Assembly: GCA_002299965.1 (NCBI GenBank) | Contig: DBOM01000062.1 | Location: 16,279-80,278 of the forward strand | Source of the DNA: Caldiserica bacterium UBA646 | GTDB taxonomy: Bacteria > Caldisericota > Caldisericia > Caldisericales > Caldisericaceae | Direction: 5' to 3' | Length of the DNA: 64,000 nucleotides | In this document: piece by piece, positions 7,184-15,453 of the stretch | Numbering within the stretch: the stretch's first letter is position 1 | Layout of the letters: every line of letters begins with the position of its first letter | Program-made: the position numbers and the translations under genes | The notes under the pieces: generated by a model | Databases searched by the model: none | What the model was told of the DNA's origin: nothing | The model's input: the letters and a program-made list of their open reading frames with translations, nothing else

Positions 7184-8719
7184 TTATTTCTGAACGCTCT
7201 CAAAACCTTCTAATTTCCTTTCTTCTCCTTCTTTCATCTGTTCCCATTCTGCCTCAGCTTTTGCCCAGGCTTCTTCAGTTGCTTCTCTCTCCCAGTAGGT
7301 TAATCCACGCTCTTTTCTTGTTGCGCCAGGGAGTGAGTTATCAAGAACTATTGCAACAAGTGCTGAAACAGCCATTGCCGTAGTAAGAATTGTCTGAAGG
7401 ATCATTCCCAATGTACCACTAACAGTTCCGATAGCTCCCCAGCTTATTGGGTTCTGCTGGAATGCAACACGAACTGACAGGCCACTGAATAATGCTAAAC
7501 CCAGAACAAACAGGTTTCTCGAATTATTGAGATTCACATATTGAAGGTTTGAAAGCCCAACCGCTGCGATCAAACCAAAGAGACCAACATACATTGCTCC
7601 AACAACCGGACCAGGAAGTGACGCAAAAACTGCTCCTATTTTCCCAAGAACTGGGATAATAAGCATAATAATTGCACCACATCTTATAACTCTTCTTGAA
7701 GCAACTCTTGTGATACCCATAGCTCCGATGTTCTCTGAATACGAGGTCGTTCCACTTCCGGACTGAAGTATTCCGGCAACAAGACAGCCTATACCTTCGG
7801 CGCCAATACCTTTTGAAATCATCCGCTCTGTTGGTGGCGGAGCTTCAGATATCTTTGCACATGAATGATAATCTCCGATAGATTCTACCATTGAAGCAAG
7901 GTAAGCAGCAAGCATACCGAAACTACCTGCTACCAACAAGGAAGTGTTGGTTGGAAATCCCCATTTAAATGGAATAAGAGGTTTGATAGTAAACCAGGGA
8001 GCTGCTGCAATATTCTGGAAAGCACTAGTTAAATTTGCAGGATTCCCTGCAGGAATCCATCCCGTAAGAGTCCCAATTACTGCGCAAATCCAACCCACAG
8101 CTATTGCTGATATAACTGGAAAAAGCAAGAAAAATCTGGATCTTCTTGAATAAACCTGAGAAAAGAGAATTAATGAAACCAGTGTGATTATAGAAATTAC
8201 CCAGTTTCCCGACATAAATGGTGCACCTGTTTCAAAGAGAGCCAATCCAATCATAGCAATCGTAGGACCAATTACAAGAGGCCCAATAAATTTCTTTATT
8301 TTGCCTATTGCGCCAGAATAGCCAATAACAATTTCAAAAATCGATGCAAACATAATTGCTGCCGCAACGTTTTGAATGGCCATCTGCCAGTTTCCGCCCT
8401 GAGCCTGCACCATTCCTATAATAGCAAAGGTAGGTCCAAGGAAAGAAAAGCTTCCTCCCTGTACAATAGGGAGTTTGTTGCCAAAAAATTGCTGAAAGAG
8501 TGTTGCTATTCCACTTGCAAAGAAAACAGTTCCGATAAGAATTGCAAGCTGATCTGGCGGGAATCCCATCGCACCTCCCACAATAAGGGGGATACTAACA
8601 GTAGCCCCAAACATCGTAAGATAATGCTGGAAACCCAAGAAAAATGATAAAGTCCAGCGTGGTTTGCTTCCTATGGGATAGAGCACCCACCCGGAAGATT
8701 CAATTTGTTCGTTTGCCAT
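7184..8719 (-). CDS. NCS2-family nucleobase (xanthine/uracil-type):cation symporter
   Basis: 511 aa and polytopic. N-terminal LSFFLGFQHYLTMFGATVSIPLIV and an overall Gly/Ala-rich TM pattern are typical of xanthine/uracil permeases. SD AAAGGAGG is present. Confidence 0.85.
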   Translation of the reverse strand: MANEQIESSGWVLYPIGSKPRWTLSFFLGFQHYLTMFGATVSIPLIVGGAMGFPPDQLAILIGTVFFASGIATLFQQFFGNKLPIVQGGSFSFLGPTFAIIGMVQAQGGNWQMAIQNVAAAIMFASIFEIVIGYSGAIGKIKKFIGPLVIGPTIAMIGLALFETGAPFMSGNWVISIITLVSLILFSQVYSRRSRFFLLFPVISAIAVGWICAVIGTLTGWIPAGNPANLTSAFQNIAAAPWFTIKPLIPFKWGFPTNTSLLVAGSFGMLAAYLASMVESIGDYHSCAKISEAPPPTERMISKGIGAEGIGCLVAGILQSGSGTTSYSENIGAMGITRVASRRVIRCGAIIMLIIPVLGKIGAVFASLPGPVVGAMYVGLFGLIAAVGLSNLQYVNLNNSRNLFVLGLALFSGLSVRVAFQQNPISWGAIGTVSGTLGMILQTILTTAMAVSALVAIVLDNSLPGATRKERGLTYWEREATEEAWAKAEAEWEQMKEGEERKLEGFESVQK

Positions 8720-8878
8720 TTAAAACCTCCTTTAATTTTTAATCTTTTAGAACCTTTTCGAGTTTTTTTCCTTTTGCACCCCCTAACTTCTTTTTAGGCA
8801 AAATTTAACTAGGAATATGTTCATATACTGCTCTTAACTTAATATACAATATTCATCACTAAGACCTCATTTTACATT

Positions 8879-8906
8879 AATATAACTTCATTTTTTTTTA
8901 AGTCAA
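8879..8906 (-). promoter_or_regulatory. Promoter candidate for the permease operon
   Basis: The minus strand reads TTGACT - 16 nt - TATATT. This would give a leader of about 150 nt. Confidence 0.35.
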
Positions 8907-9300
8907 GTTCTTGCATGAGTTACCTATATTTAAATGATATATATTATTTCAAAAAAAATCTATAGAGGACAAACACCGAAAACTCCTATAATCTCTCTAA
9001 CAATACATGAAACAGGATAATCTATAAATCTTGAGTTGAGCCCTTAATATCTTCAAATAATAAATTAAGCTGGTTGTTCGGGAATTTTTTCTTCATTTTG
9101 ACACATCAAACGATTCTACAGTAAGCGCCACACTTCTTGATAATGCAATAGTTTTTAAGCTGAATACTCATTTTTCTTTTTAAAAACTTTAAGATATCCA
9201 TCCCGTTATTCACAGTTTTGAAGTATTTACCAATGATTTTATGATCAAGAAAAATAAAGTTAGTTCACGTAAAAGAATAAAATTTTATTGCTGCTCATCA

Positions 9301-9335
9301 ACTATCTTGACTATTTTATTAATATAAGATAGTAT
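9301..9335 (+). promoter_or_regulatory. Promoter candidate bracketed by an inverted repeat (possible operator) upstream of the DRTGG genes
   Basis: TTGACT (9307-9312) - 17 nt - TAGTAT (9330-9335). An 8-bp inverted repeat, ACTATCTT (9301-9308) / AAGATAGT (9326-9333), spans the -35 to -10 interval. Confidence 0.45.
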
Positions 9336-9365
9336 TTATATTAATACAGAATCAAGGAGAATAAA

Positions 9366-9731
9366 ATGAAAATAAAAACAATAATAGATATAACAAAAGC
9401 AGAAACTCTTCAGAAAAACGGCACCACAGACATCGATATTAAATATGCATTTGCTGCAGATTTGATGAGCGATACATTATTTATTATAAGTAGAGAAGAA
9501 GAACCGGTACTGCTTATTTCAGGAATTACAGACCAATCTGTTGTAAGAACTGCTATAATACTTGACATTCCTGCTGTGCTCGTCGTAAGAGGCAAAACAG
9601 TTCCTCAAAAAACGATCGAGCTTGCAAAGGAAAATAATATTATAATGCTTAGAACCCATTATATAATGTTTGTAACTTGCGGACTTCTCTATAAAGAAGG
9701 GTTAAAAGGAGCTCCATGGCAGAAAAGATAA
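9366..9731 (+). CDS. Stand-alone DRTGG-domain protein
   Basis: 121 aa. The pattern PVLLISGITDQSVVRTAIILDIPAVLVVRGKTVPQKTIELAKENNIIML fits the DRTGG domain. SD AAGGAGA is present. Confidence 0.7.
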   Translation: MKIKTIIDITKAETLQKNGTTDIDIKYAFAADLMSDTLFIISREEEPVLLISGITDQSVVRTAIILDIPAVLVVRGKTVPQKTIELAKENNIIMLRTHYIMFVTCGLLYKEGLKGAPWQKR

Positions 9732-10546
9732 AAATATTTCAATTTCCCATAAAAGGTAGCGATTTTGACCATATTGGTAATGCAACAATTGAGACACGAA
9801 AATTAGTTAAAATTGCTTTCGAAAAAGAAGAGTGTTTCAAAAATACATCATTTTCTGATAGCAATAGAGATTTTTTAAGGAGATTTGGTATATGCGCATA
9901 CGAAGCAGAAGCAAATGTAATTATACATGCTCATTACGGATTATTTAAAACAATTCTCTGTTGCAAAAAAATCAAGGGAGAGGTAATAGATAGGGGGCCG
10001 GGAATTCCGTCCATTTTAAACGCGCTTACACCTGGATTTTCAACTGCATCTGAGACTGCAAAATCCTTGGGGTTCGGCGCAGGCGTAGGTCTAAATAATA
10101 TTCAAAAGATAGCCGATTTTACCATGCTACACTCAGAAAAAGGAAAGGGTACATCACTTCAATTTGAAGTATGGAAAGCAAAAGACAACGAAATAGGGAG
10201 AATAGCAATGAAAATAAAACAAATTATCAAGGTTTTAAAACTTGAATTAGTTACAAAAAATGTAGACATGGAAAAAGAGGTAAAATCTGCATATTCATGC
10301 GACCTGTTAAGTAATGTGCTTGCAAAAGCAGGAAATGAGTCCACATGGCTCACTGTGCAAACAAATATCAATATAATAGGCGTTGCAACAATTAAAAGAA
10401 TACCAATTATTATAATTGCTGAGAACAGCACGATACCCAGGCAAACTATTGTAAAAGCAGAAGAAAATGGAATAATCATAGCAAAAGGAAAGGAAGATAC
10501 TTTTACAATTTCAGGCAAATTGTACGAGCTTTTCCAAAAAGAGTAA
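9716..10546 (+). CDS. RsbW/SpoIIAB-like HATPase (anti-sigma-type Ser/Thr kinase fold) fused to a C-terminal DRTGG domain
   Basis: 276 aa. The N-half has AYEAEANVIIHA...DRGPGIP...GFGAGVGLNNIQKIAD, i.e. N, G1 and G2-like boxes. The C-half is a second DRTGG-like domain (IPIIIIAENSTIPRQTIVKAEENGIIIA). It overlaps the upstream gene by 16 nt and has its own AAAGGAG SD. Confidence 0.7.
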   Translation: MAEKIKIFQFPIKGSDFDHIGNATIETRKLVKIAFEKEECFKNTSFSDSNRDFLRRFGICAYEAEANVIIHAHYGLFKTILCCKKIKGEVIDRGPGIPSILNALTPGFSTASETAKSLGFGAGVGLNNIQKIADFTMLHSEKGKGTSLQFEVWKAKDNEIGRIAMKIKQIIKVLKLELVTKNVDMEKEVKSAYSCDLLSNVLAKAGNESTWLTVQTNINIIGVATIKRIPIIIIAENSTIPRQTIVKAEENGIIIAKGKEDTFTISGKLYELFQKE

Positions 10547-10729
10547 CTTATCATAACATATACGATTTAACAAATTATTTCTGAAGTTAGGTACAATGTT
10601 TGTAGTGATAAATGGAATATTCTTCAGAGGATAAAATCTCCAACTAAAAAATAGAGAGAACTAATCTTTTAAAAAACTAAAATACACAGCAAAAAACTCT
10701 TTCAAAGAAAAACTTACTATATATCTGGT

Positions 10730-12310
10730 TTATCCAAGCAAATCTTTTAAACTATGAATTTTTATCCCCTGATACGATGTAATCTTGGGGAAATCCGATA
10801 CCACAACATCCTTTGCTTTTATCTTTTTAGCAATAAGTACAGCTTCTGCTGTGCTTATTTTAGAAGCAATTCTATGCGCAAGGTCGTCTATAAAATTTAT
10901 TTCTATCGAAGTTAGGGCAATAACCCCTATTCTATATTTCATTTTAATGTCTTCCTCTAATTGCGATTGAGCAGATACTGAAACAAATGCCTGGTTCAAA
11001 TATTCAGTTTTTCTCAATTTTAGCAACTCTAATAATGAATCAGCATCCATCACAACACCACTTTTAAAAACTGGTGGGAGAGGAGGAATTTTTTCTTGTT
11101 GAGGTTCTTTGGCGGTTTTTTCCTCTTCTTTGCCAATCTTTTCAGGAGCTATAGGCCCTTTTGCTTGCTCTTCCTCAGTTTCCAGTGACTCCTGCTCCAA
11201 GGATTCACGCTTCACCTTCTCAAGTAAAAGATCAAGCGAACTTTTTGTTTCTTCCGAAACCTCTTCCTTTCTTTCTTCAGCTGGAATGGCTTTCTCCTTA
11301 GGAGCAGAAGGCTCCTTTTCTTCTCCTTTCAGGCTTGTCTCTGTGTCGCGCTTTTCGGGTTTCTCTTTTTCCTCCGTTTCTAACTTTTCCTTAATCTCAT
11401 TTACTGTCTCTTTCGGCAATTCAGTTTCTTTTTCTGTTTCTAAAGGTTTTACATTCAATTCTTCTGCTTCTACCCCTTTTTCTTTATCAGATGGAGAGAT
11501 TACCTCTTTTGTTTCATTAATCTTTCCGGGAATTTGCTCAACAACTATTTTCTCAACCTGCTCCTTTTTCTCTAATGGTTTTTTTGCTTCTTCCTTTGAA
11601 ACGGGAGGAATAGGTTCTTTTATTTCCGAGGGCTCAACTTGTTTTTGCGCTTTGCTTTTTAAATCAATTTTCTCAACTCTCTTTTGCCCATAAGGAACCT
11701 TTGCTCCATACGGCGCTTTACTCTTCCCTGGCTTTGCAGCAGCCTCTTCTTTCCCAGTCTTTTCAGGAACAGAAATTGTCTTTGTCTTTTTATCAACTTC
11801 ATAATCAATTTTAACCGCTTCTTTTTCTTCCAATACTTTCACATTAAAAGAAGGTATTTTCCTTTGTGATTCTTCCAGTTTAATAGTGGGAAGCGGCTTT
11901 TTCCGTTTTCTCTTTGGAATGAACAAAAGAATGACCAATGCCAAAAGAATATAAAAAAGAATCATAGCAAGTGTGTCTGTGCCAATATCAGGTAAATAAG
12001 CATGAATATAGGGATATATTAATTCAGCTGCAGGAAGAAAAAATTCAACAATTTTTTCCGAAAGATTTTCGAAAAATGGGATTATACTTTTATAAAACTC
12101 TTGCATTGTATTTGAAACATCTTCTAACAATCCAGAATTAATAGCAGAAGAAAGAACAAGAGTGTTTGCTGAAGAATCCACTGCTCTATTAGAAAAACTG
12201 CTAAGAATCTCCTTGGTTTCAAGCAATACGGAACCGTCTAGATACACGTTACTGTATATTAAACTAAACATAATCACTATGGCTATCACACTGTACATAA
12301 ATTTCCGCAT
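10730..12310 (-). CDS. Hypothetical membrane protein: 2 TM helices, about 280 aa of E/K/P-rich low complexity, and a C-terminal PIN-like domain
   Basis: 526 aa with no cysteine. TM helices lie near aa 6-24 and 112-132, followed by KRKRKK. The C-terminal ~120 aa (VVMDADSLLELL...LEED...STAEAVLIAKKIKAKDVVVSDF) has the spacing of acidic residues seen in PIN domains. SD AAAGGAGG lies 47 nt after the rnfB stop. Confidence 0.6.
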   Translation of the reverse strand: MRKFMYSVIAIVIMFSLIYSNVYLDGSVLLETKEILSSFSNRAVDSSANTLVLSSAINSGLLEDVSNTMQEFYKSIIPFFENLSEKIVEFFLPAAELIYPYIHAYLPDIGTDTLAMILFYILLALVILLFIPKRKRKKPLPTIKLEESQRKIPSFNVKVLEEKEAVKIDYEVDKKTKTISVPEKTGKEEAAAKPGKSKAPYGAKVPYGQKRVEKIDLKSKAQKQVEPSEIKEPIPPVSKEEAKKPLEKKEQVEKIVVEQIPGKINETKEVISPSDKEKGVEAEELNVKPLETEKETELPKETVNEIKEKLETEEKEKPEKRDTETSLKGEEKEPSAPKEKAIPAEERKEEVSEETKSSLDLLLEKVKRESLEQESLETEEEQAKGPIAPEKIGKEEEKTAKEPQQEKIPPLPPVFKSGVVMDADSLLELLKLRKTEYLNQAFVSVSAQSQLEEDIKMKYRIGVIALTSIEINFIDDLAHRIASKISTAEAVLIAKKIKAKDVVVSDFPKITSYQGIKIHSLKDLLG

Positions 12311-12357
12311 TTCTTGCCTCCTTTTCTATTATATCAATTATAAAAAATAATTTCAAT

Positions 12358-12657
12358 TTAATTTTCGCTAGTTTTCTTTTTAAAATCTTCTAAAACCTTT
12401 TTAATTTTTTCCGTAGTTGCTGCACCTCCTACAATACAAACATCTACGGGAGCTTGTGCTTCGCCTATTGCCTCCGCACAAGGATGACACCCAGGAAAAC
12501 CACAAGCCCCACATTCTCCATGAGGTAAAACTTCATAAATTGCTTTAAATAACGGATTTTCCTCTACCTTATATTTCTCCGCAAAATAGCCAAGTAAGGC
12601 ACCGAAAAAAGCACCAAAACCGCCAACCGTAACTACAGAAATAATAAAAGTTTTCAT
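12358..12657 (-). CDS. rnfB: Minimal RnfB: TM anchor plus N-terminal Fe-S domain only
   Basis: 99 aa. An N-terminal TM helix is followed by GECGACGFPGCHPCAEAI...VDVC, the RnfB-type Cys motif. There are no CxxCxxCxxxCP ferredoxin repeats. It sits last in the rnf operon. Confidence 0.75.
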   Translation of the reverse strand: MKTFIISVVTVGGFGAFFGALLGYFAEKYKVEENPLFKAIYEVLPHGECGACGFPGCHPCAEAIGEAQAPVDVCIVGGAATTEKIKKVLEDFKKKTSEN

Positions 12658-12667
12658 CTCATACCCC

Positions 12668-13258
12668 TCATTTTATCATCCCCTGAAATCCCATAAACGC
12701 AAGAGCAACAATCCCTGATACCATATAAGCAATAGCCTTGCCTTTGAAAAAATCAGGAAGTTCTGAATTTCGCAAACGCTCTCTTATGCCAGCAAGAATT
12801 AACATAGCTATAAAATAGCCGATTGCTGCGCCAACCGCCTCAACAATTGACTCCACAAAATCAAAACCTTGAAGAGAATTGATAAAAGTAACTCCCAATA
12901 TAAGACAATTAGTTGCAATAAGTGGAAGATATATGCCCATTGCCTTATATAAATGAGGAGACATTTTTCTAATATAAATCTCTACAAGCCCAACTAGTGA
13001 CCCGATTACAAGTATAAACGACACAATCTGGAGGAATGGCTGAAGATGAAATGGAATCAGTATCCAACGATCAATAATCCATGTCACAGCAGCAGCAAGC
13101 ACTGTCACAAATGTCACTGCATACCCCATACCAATAGAAGCATGCATATTATCCGTAAGACCTATATACGAACATAAGCCAAGAAATTGCAACAACACAA
13201 TATTATTTATAAAAGCTGAAGCAACAAAAATTTTGCCGAGGTTTGCAAGATAGCTCAT
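12668..13258 (-). CDS. rnfA: Rnf complex subunit A
   Basis: 196-aa polytopic protein in the RnfA/NqrE family position. It has a 4-nt overlap with rnfE. Confidence 0.9.
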   Translation of the reverse strand: MSYLANLGKIFVASAFINNIVLLQFLGLCSYIGLTDNMHASIGMGYAVTFVTVLAAAVTWIIDRWILIPFHLQPFLQIVSFILVIGSLVGLVEIYIRKMSPHLYKAMGIYLPLIATNCLILGVTFINSLQGFDFVESIVEAVGAAIGYFIAMLILAGIRERLRNSELPDFFKGKAIAYMVSGIVALAFMGFQGMIK

Positions 13259-13860
13259 TTTTTAACCTTCCTTTTCCTTAGAGTAAACTCAAGCCATCCT
13301 ACAAGTACGCCTAAAATAAGAAATCCGGCAGGTGGAAGAATCATAACAAGTGCAGGGCTATATGATGCAGGAAATACTCTAAAACCTGCTATAGTACCGT
13401 TACCAAACACTTCCCTAACAGCAGCCATCACAATAATTACCCAACCATAACCAATACTCATTCCAATGCCGTCAAAAATAGAATCTACAATAGAATTTTG
13501 ATAAGAAAATGCCTCTGCTCTTCCAATGATAATACAATTTACAACAACAAGAAAAATATAAAGTTTGATTGCTTCATAAATTGAGTTAAAATACGCTCTG
13601 GAGAGAAGTGTAGCAATTGTTGTAAAAGTAGCAATAACCACGACAAATATAGGGACCCTGATATCTCCAGGAATAACCTTTCTTAATAAAGAAATGATAA
13701 TTTCTGAAAATATGAGAACAAAACTAAAAACAAATGTCATCAGTAAAGCATTTTGCACAGAATTAGTTACAGCAACAACTGAGCATAGTCCAATAGCAAG
13801 AATAAGTATTGGATTTGCTGGAGTAATTCCGTTCCAAACAATTCTCCAATATTTTTTCAT
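13255..13860 (-). CDS. rnfE: Rnf complex subunit E
   Basis: 201-aa polytopic protein with an RnfE/NqrD-like pattern (GLCSVVAVTNS...). Its position in the operon fits. Confidence 0.9.
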   Translation of the reverse strand: MKKYWRIVWNGITPANPILILAIGLCSVVAVTNSVQNALLMTFVFSFVLIFSEIIISLLRKVIPGDIRVPIFVVVIATFTTIATLLSRAYFNSIYEAIKLYIFLVVVNCIIIGRAEAFSYQNSIVDSIFDGIGMSIGYGWVIIVMAAVREVFGNGTIAGFRVFPASYSPALVMILPPAGFLILGVLVGWLEFTLRKRKVKK

Positions 13861-14453
13861 TCCGACCCTTCCTTTTCTTTAAAATAATTATGTGCAACTC
13901 TCCCGGCTGCTTTTACTCCATTTGCAACAGCAGCAGAGGTAATTGTAGCTCCTGTAATGGCAATGACGTCTTCCTTGGGCACAAAATTATCAGAAATTTT
14001 CTTCCCCTTAAATTGACCAAGGAATGTTATTTTATTTTCTTTTTCCACATAATAGTCAGAGTTAGAAGCATTTGCACCAAGTCCTGGAGTTTCAAGACTT
14101 TCCAAAATTTTAACCCCACTTACAGTTCCATCTTTTTTTATTCCAACAAGCAATTTAATCGGAGCCTGACTGCCAGGAGAAGTTGCTTGCAATACTAATC
14201 CAACAATTTCCTCGTTAAACTTAACAATATATGCATCGTTAATTTGTACAACTGAATCAGACAATTCAAGCTCTTCATCTAACCTTTCAAATTGATAATC
14301 TCCAGGGAAAACTTCAGAAAGCCCTATCTGCAATGTCTTTGCATCCTGTGCACTTATAACCGGTCCAGTGACCTTATAAACAGCTGCCAGAGCACCGCCC
14401 GATATCGCACCTATAATACCAAGTATCAATGTTAATTTTAGTATTTTATTCAT
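13857..14453 (-). CDS. rnfG: Rnf complex subunit G (FMN-binding)
   Basis: The start is taken at the internal ATG 14453 (MNKILKLTLILG..., just after the rnfD stop) rather than the ORF-track start at 14525. The flavinylation-type motif AITGATITS is present. Confidence 0.85.
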   Translation of the reverse strand: MNKILKLTLILGIIGAISGGALAAVYKVTGPVISAQDAKTLQIGLSEVFPGDYQFERLDEELELSDSVVQINDAYIVKFNEEIVGLVLQATSPGSQAPIKLLVGIKKDGTVSGVKILESLETPGLGANASNSDYYVEKENKITFLGQFKGKKISDNFVPKEDVIAITGATITSAAVANGVKAAGRVAHNYFKEKEGSE

Positions 14454-14457
14454 ATGC

Positions 14458-15453
14458 TCATCCTTCTCTTTTGGGAGCAAAGTGACCATATACCCTTGGA
14501 AGCATTTTATCAAAAAATGGCACAAAGCAATTCATAATTAATATTGAAAACATAACTCCTTCAGGAGAAGCGCCAAACTGTCTGAAAATAACTGTCAGAA
14601 CTCCTAATGAAATGCCATACCATAATCTTCCCTTAATAGTAATAGGAGAAGAGCTATAATCTGTTGCCATAAAAAATGCGCCAAGAAACAGGCCACCTGA
14701 GAGAATAGAAAAAATAGGGTCTCTATTAAAAACAGCGGAGAGGATAAAAACTGTTCCTATGAAACCAGCAGGAATACGCCAATCAATAATCTTTTTTGCA
14801 ATAAGAGCAATTCCGCCTATAAGTAAAAGTAGCGCAGATGTTTCGCCAATCGAACCAGCTACATTGCCTAGAAAAAGGGATTTATACATAATTAACCTTG
14901 AACCATCAAACATTGTAAGTAACTCAGAAAATCCCTTCAATTTTATAATATTAAGTGGAGTAGCCGTTGTAATTGCATTTGTGGGAGGAAAAACGCTTTG
15001 CGTAAAAGGTTTTACCCATATCGTCATATATGTAGGCCAAGAAATCATAAGGAATGCTCTTCCAACAAGTGCCGGGTTAAATGGATTAGAACCTATGCCA
15101 CCAAAAATCCATTTTCCAAGTATTATTGCTACAAAAGCACCGACTGCTACCATCCAGTACGGCGAAGACGGTGGAAGAGTTAGTGCCAGGAGTAATCCTG
15201 TAGCTGCAGCAGATAAATCATATACTGTCGCCTTTTTCCTGAAAATCAAGCAACTTAGATACTCGGCAACAATTGCAGACAAAATAGAAACTATGATAAC
15301 GCCTAATGTATGTCCAATTCCAAAAAAATACAGTCCTGCTATTGTGGCAGGCATAAGAGCAATCAAAACCCCTCTCATAATGAGAGAAACCTTTGCTTTA
15401 TCGCGAATGTGCGGGGAGGATGTTACAATAAGATCAACAAAATTTTCATCCAT
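14458..15453 (-). CDS. rnfD: Rnf complex subunit D
   Basis: 331-aa polytopic protein with the SSPH start typical of RnfD/NqrB. An FFMATDYSSSP-type motif sits near the C-terminus. Confidence 0.9.
   Translation of the reverse strand: MDENFVDLIVTSSPHIRDKAKVSLIMRGVLIALMPATIAGLYFFGIGHTLGVIIVSILSAIVAEYLSCLIFRKKATVYDLSAAATGLLLALTLPPSSPYWMVAVGAFVAIILGKWIFGGIGSNPFNPALVGRAFLMISWPTYMTIWVKPFTQSVFPPTNAITTATPLNIIKLKGFSELLTMFDGSRLIMYKSLFLGNVAGSIGETSALLLLIGGIALIAKKIIDWRIPAGFIGTVFILSAVFNRDPIFSILSGGLFLGAFFMATDYSSSPITIKGRLWYGISLGVLTVIFRQFGASPEGVMFSILIMNCFVPFFDKMLPRVYGHFAPKREG

Noticed and set aside
8720-8900. Possible purine (guanine/adenine/xanthine) riboswitch in the ~150-nt leader of the nucleobase permease.
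   Set aside because: I reverse-complemented the leader and looked for the purine-riboswitch core (UAUAAU...AUAUGG...GUUUCUACC...CCGUAAAU...ACUAUG). No convincing match or three-way-junction fold was found. An Rfam scan would be the decisive test.
9106-9171. 21-codon Cys-containing sORF (MSIQLKNYCIIKKCGAYCRIV) on the minus strand of the spacer.
   Set aside because: It has no SD and no promoter placed to serve it, and it is too short to evaluate from sequence alone. I mention it only in the spacer finding.
9206-9214. DnaA-box-like TTATTCACA in the long AT-rich spacer, raising the idea of a replication origin.
   Set aside because: There is a single near-match and no cluster of boxes. There is no dnaA or dnaN nearby, and gene-strand switches occur at several other places in the window.
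11109-11693. 194-aa S/F-rich ORF on the plus strand.
   Set aside because: It is the antisense reading of the GAA/AAA-rich (E/K) low-complexity region of the 526-aa gene. It has no SD and a composition-driven open frame, so I treat it as an artefact.
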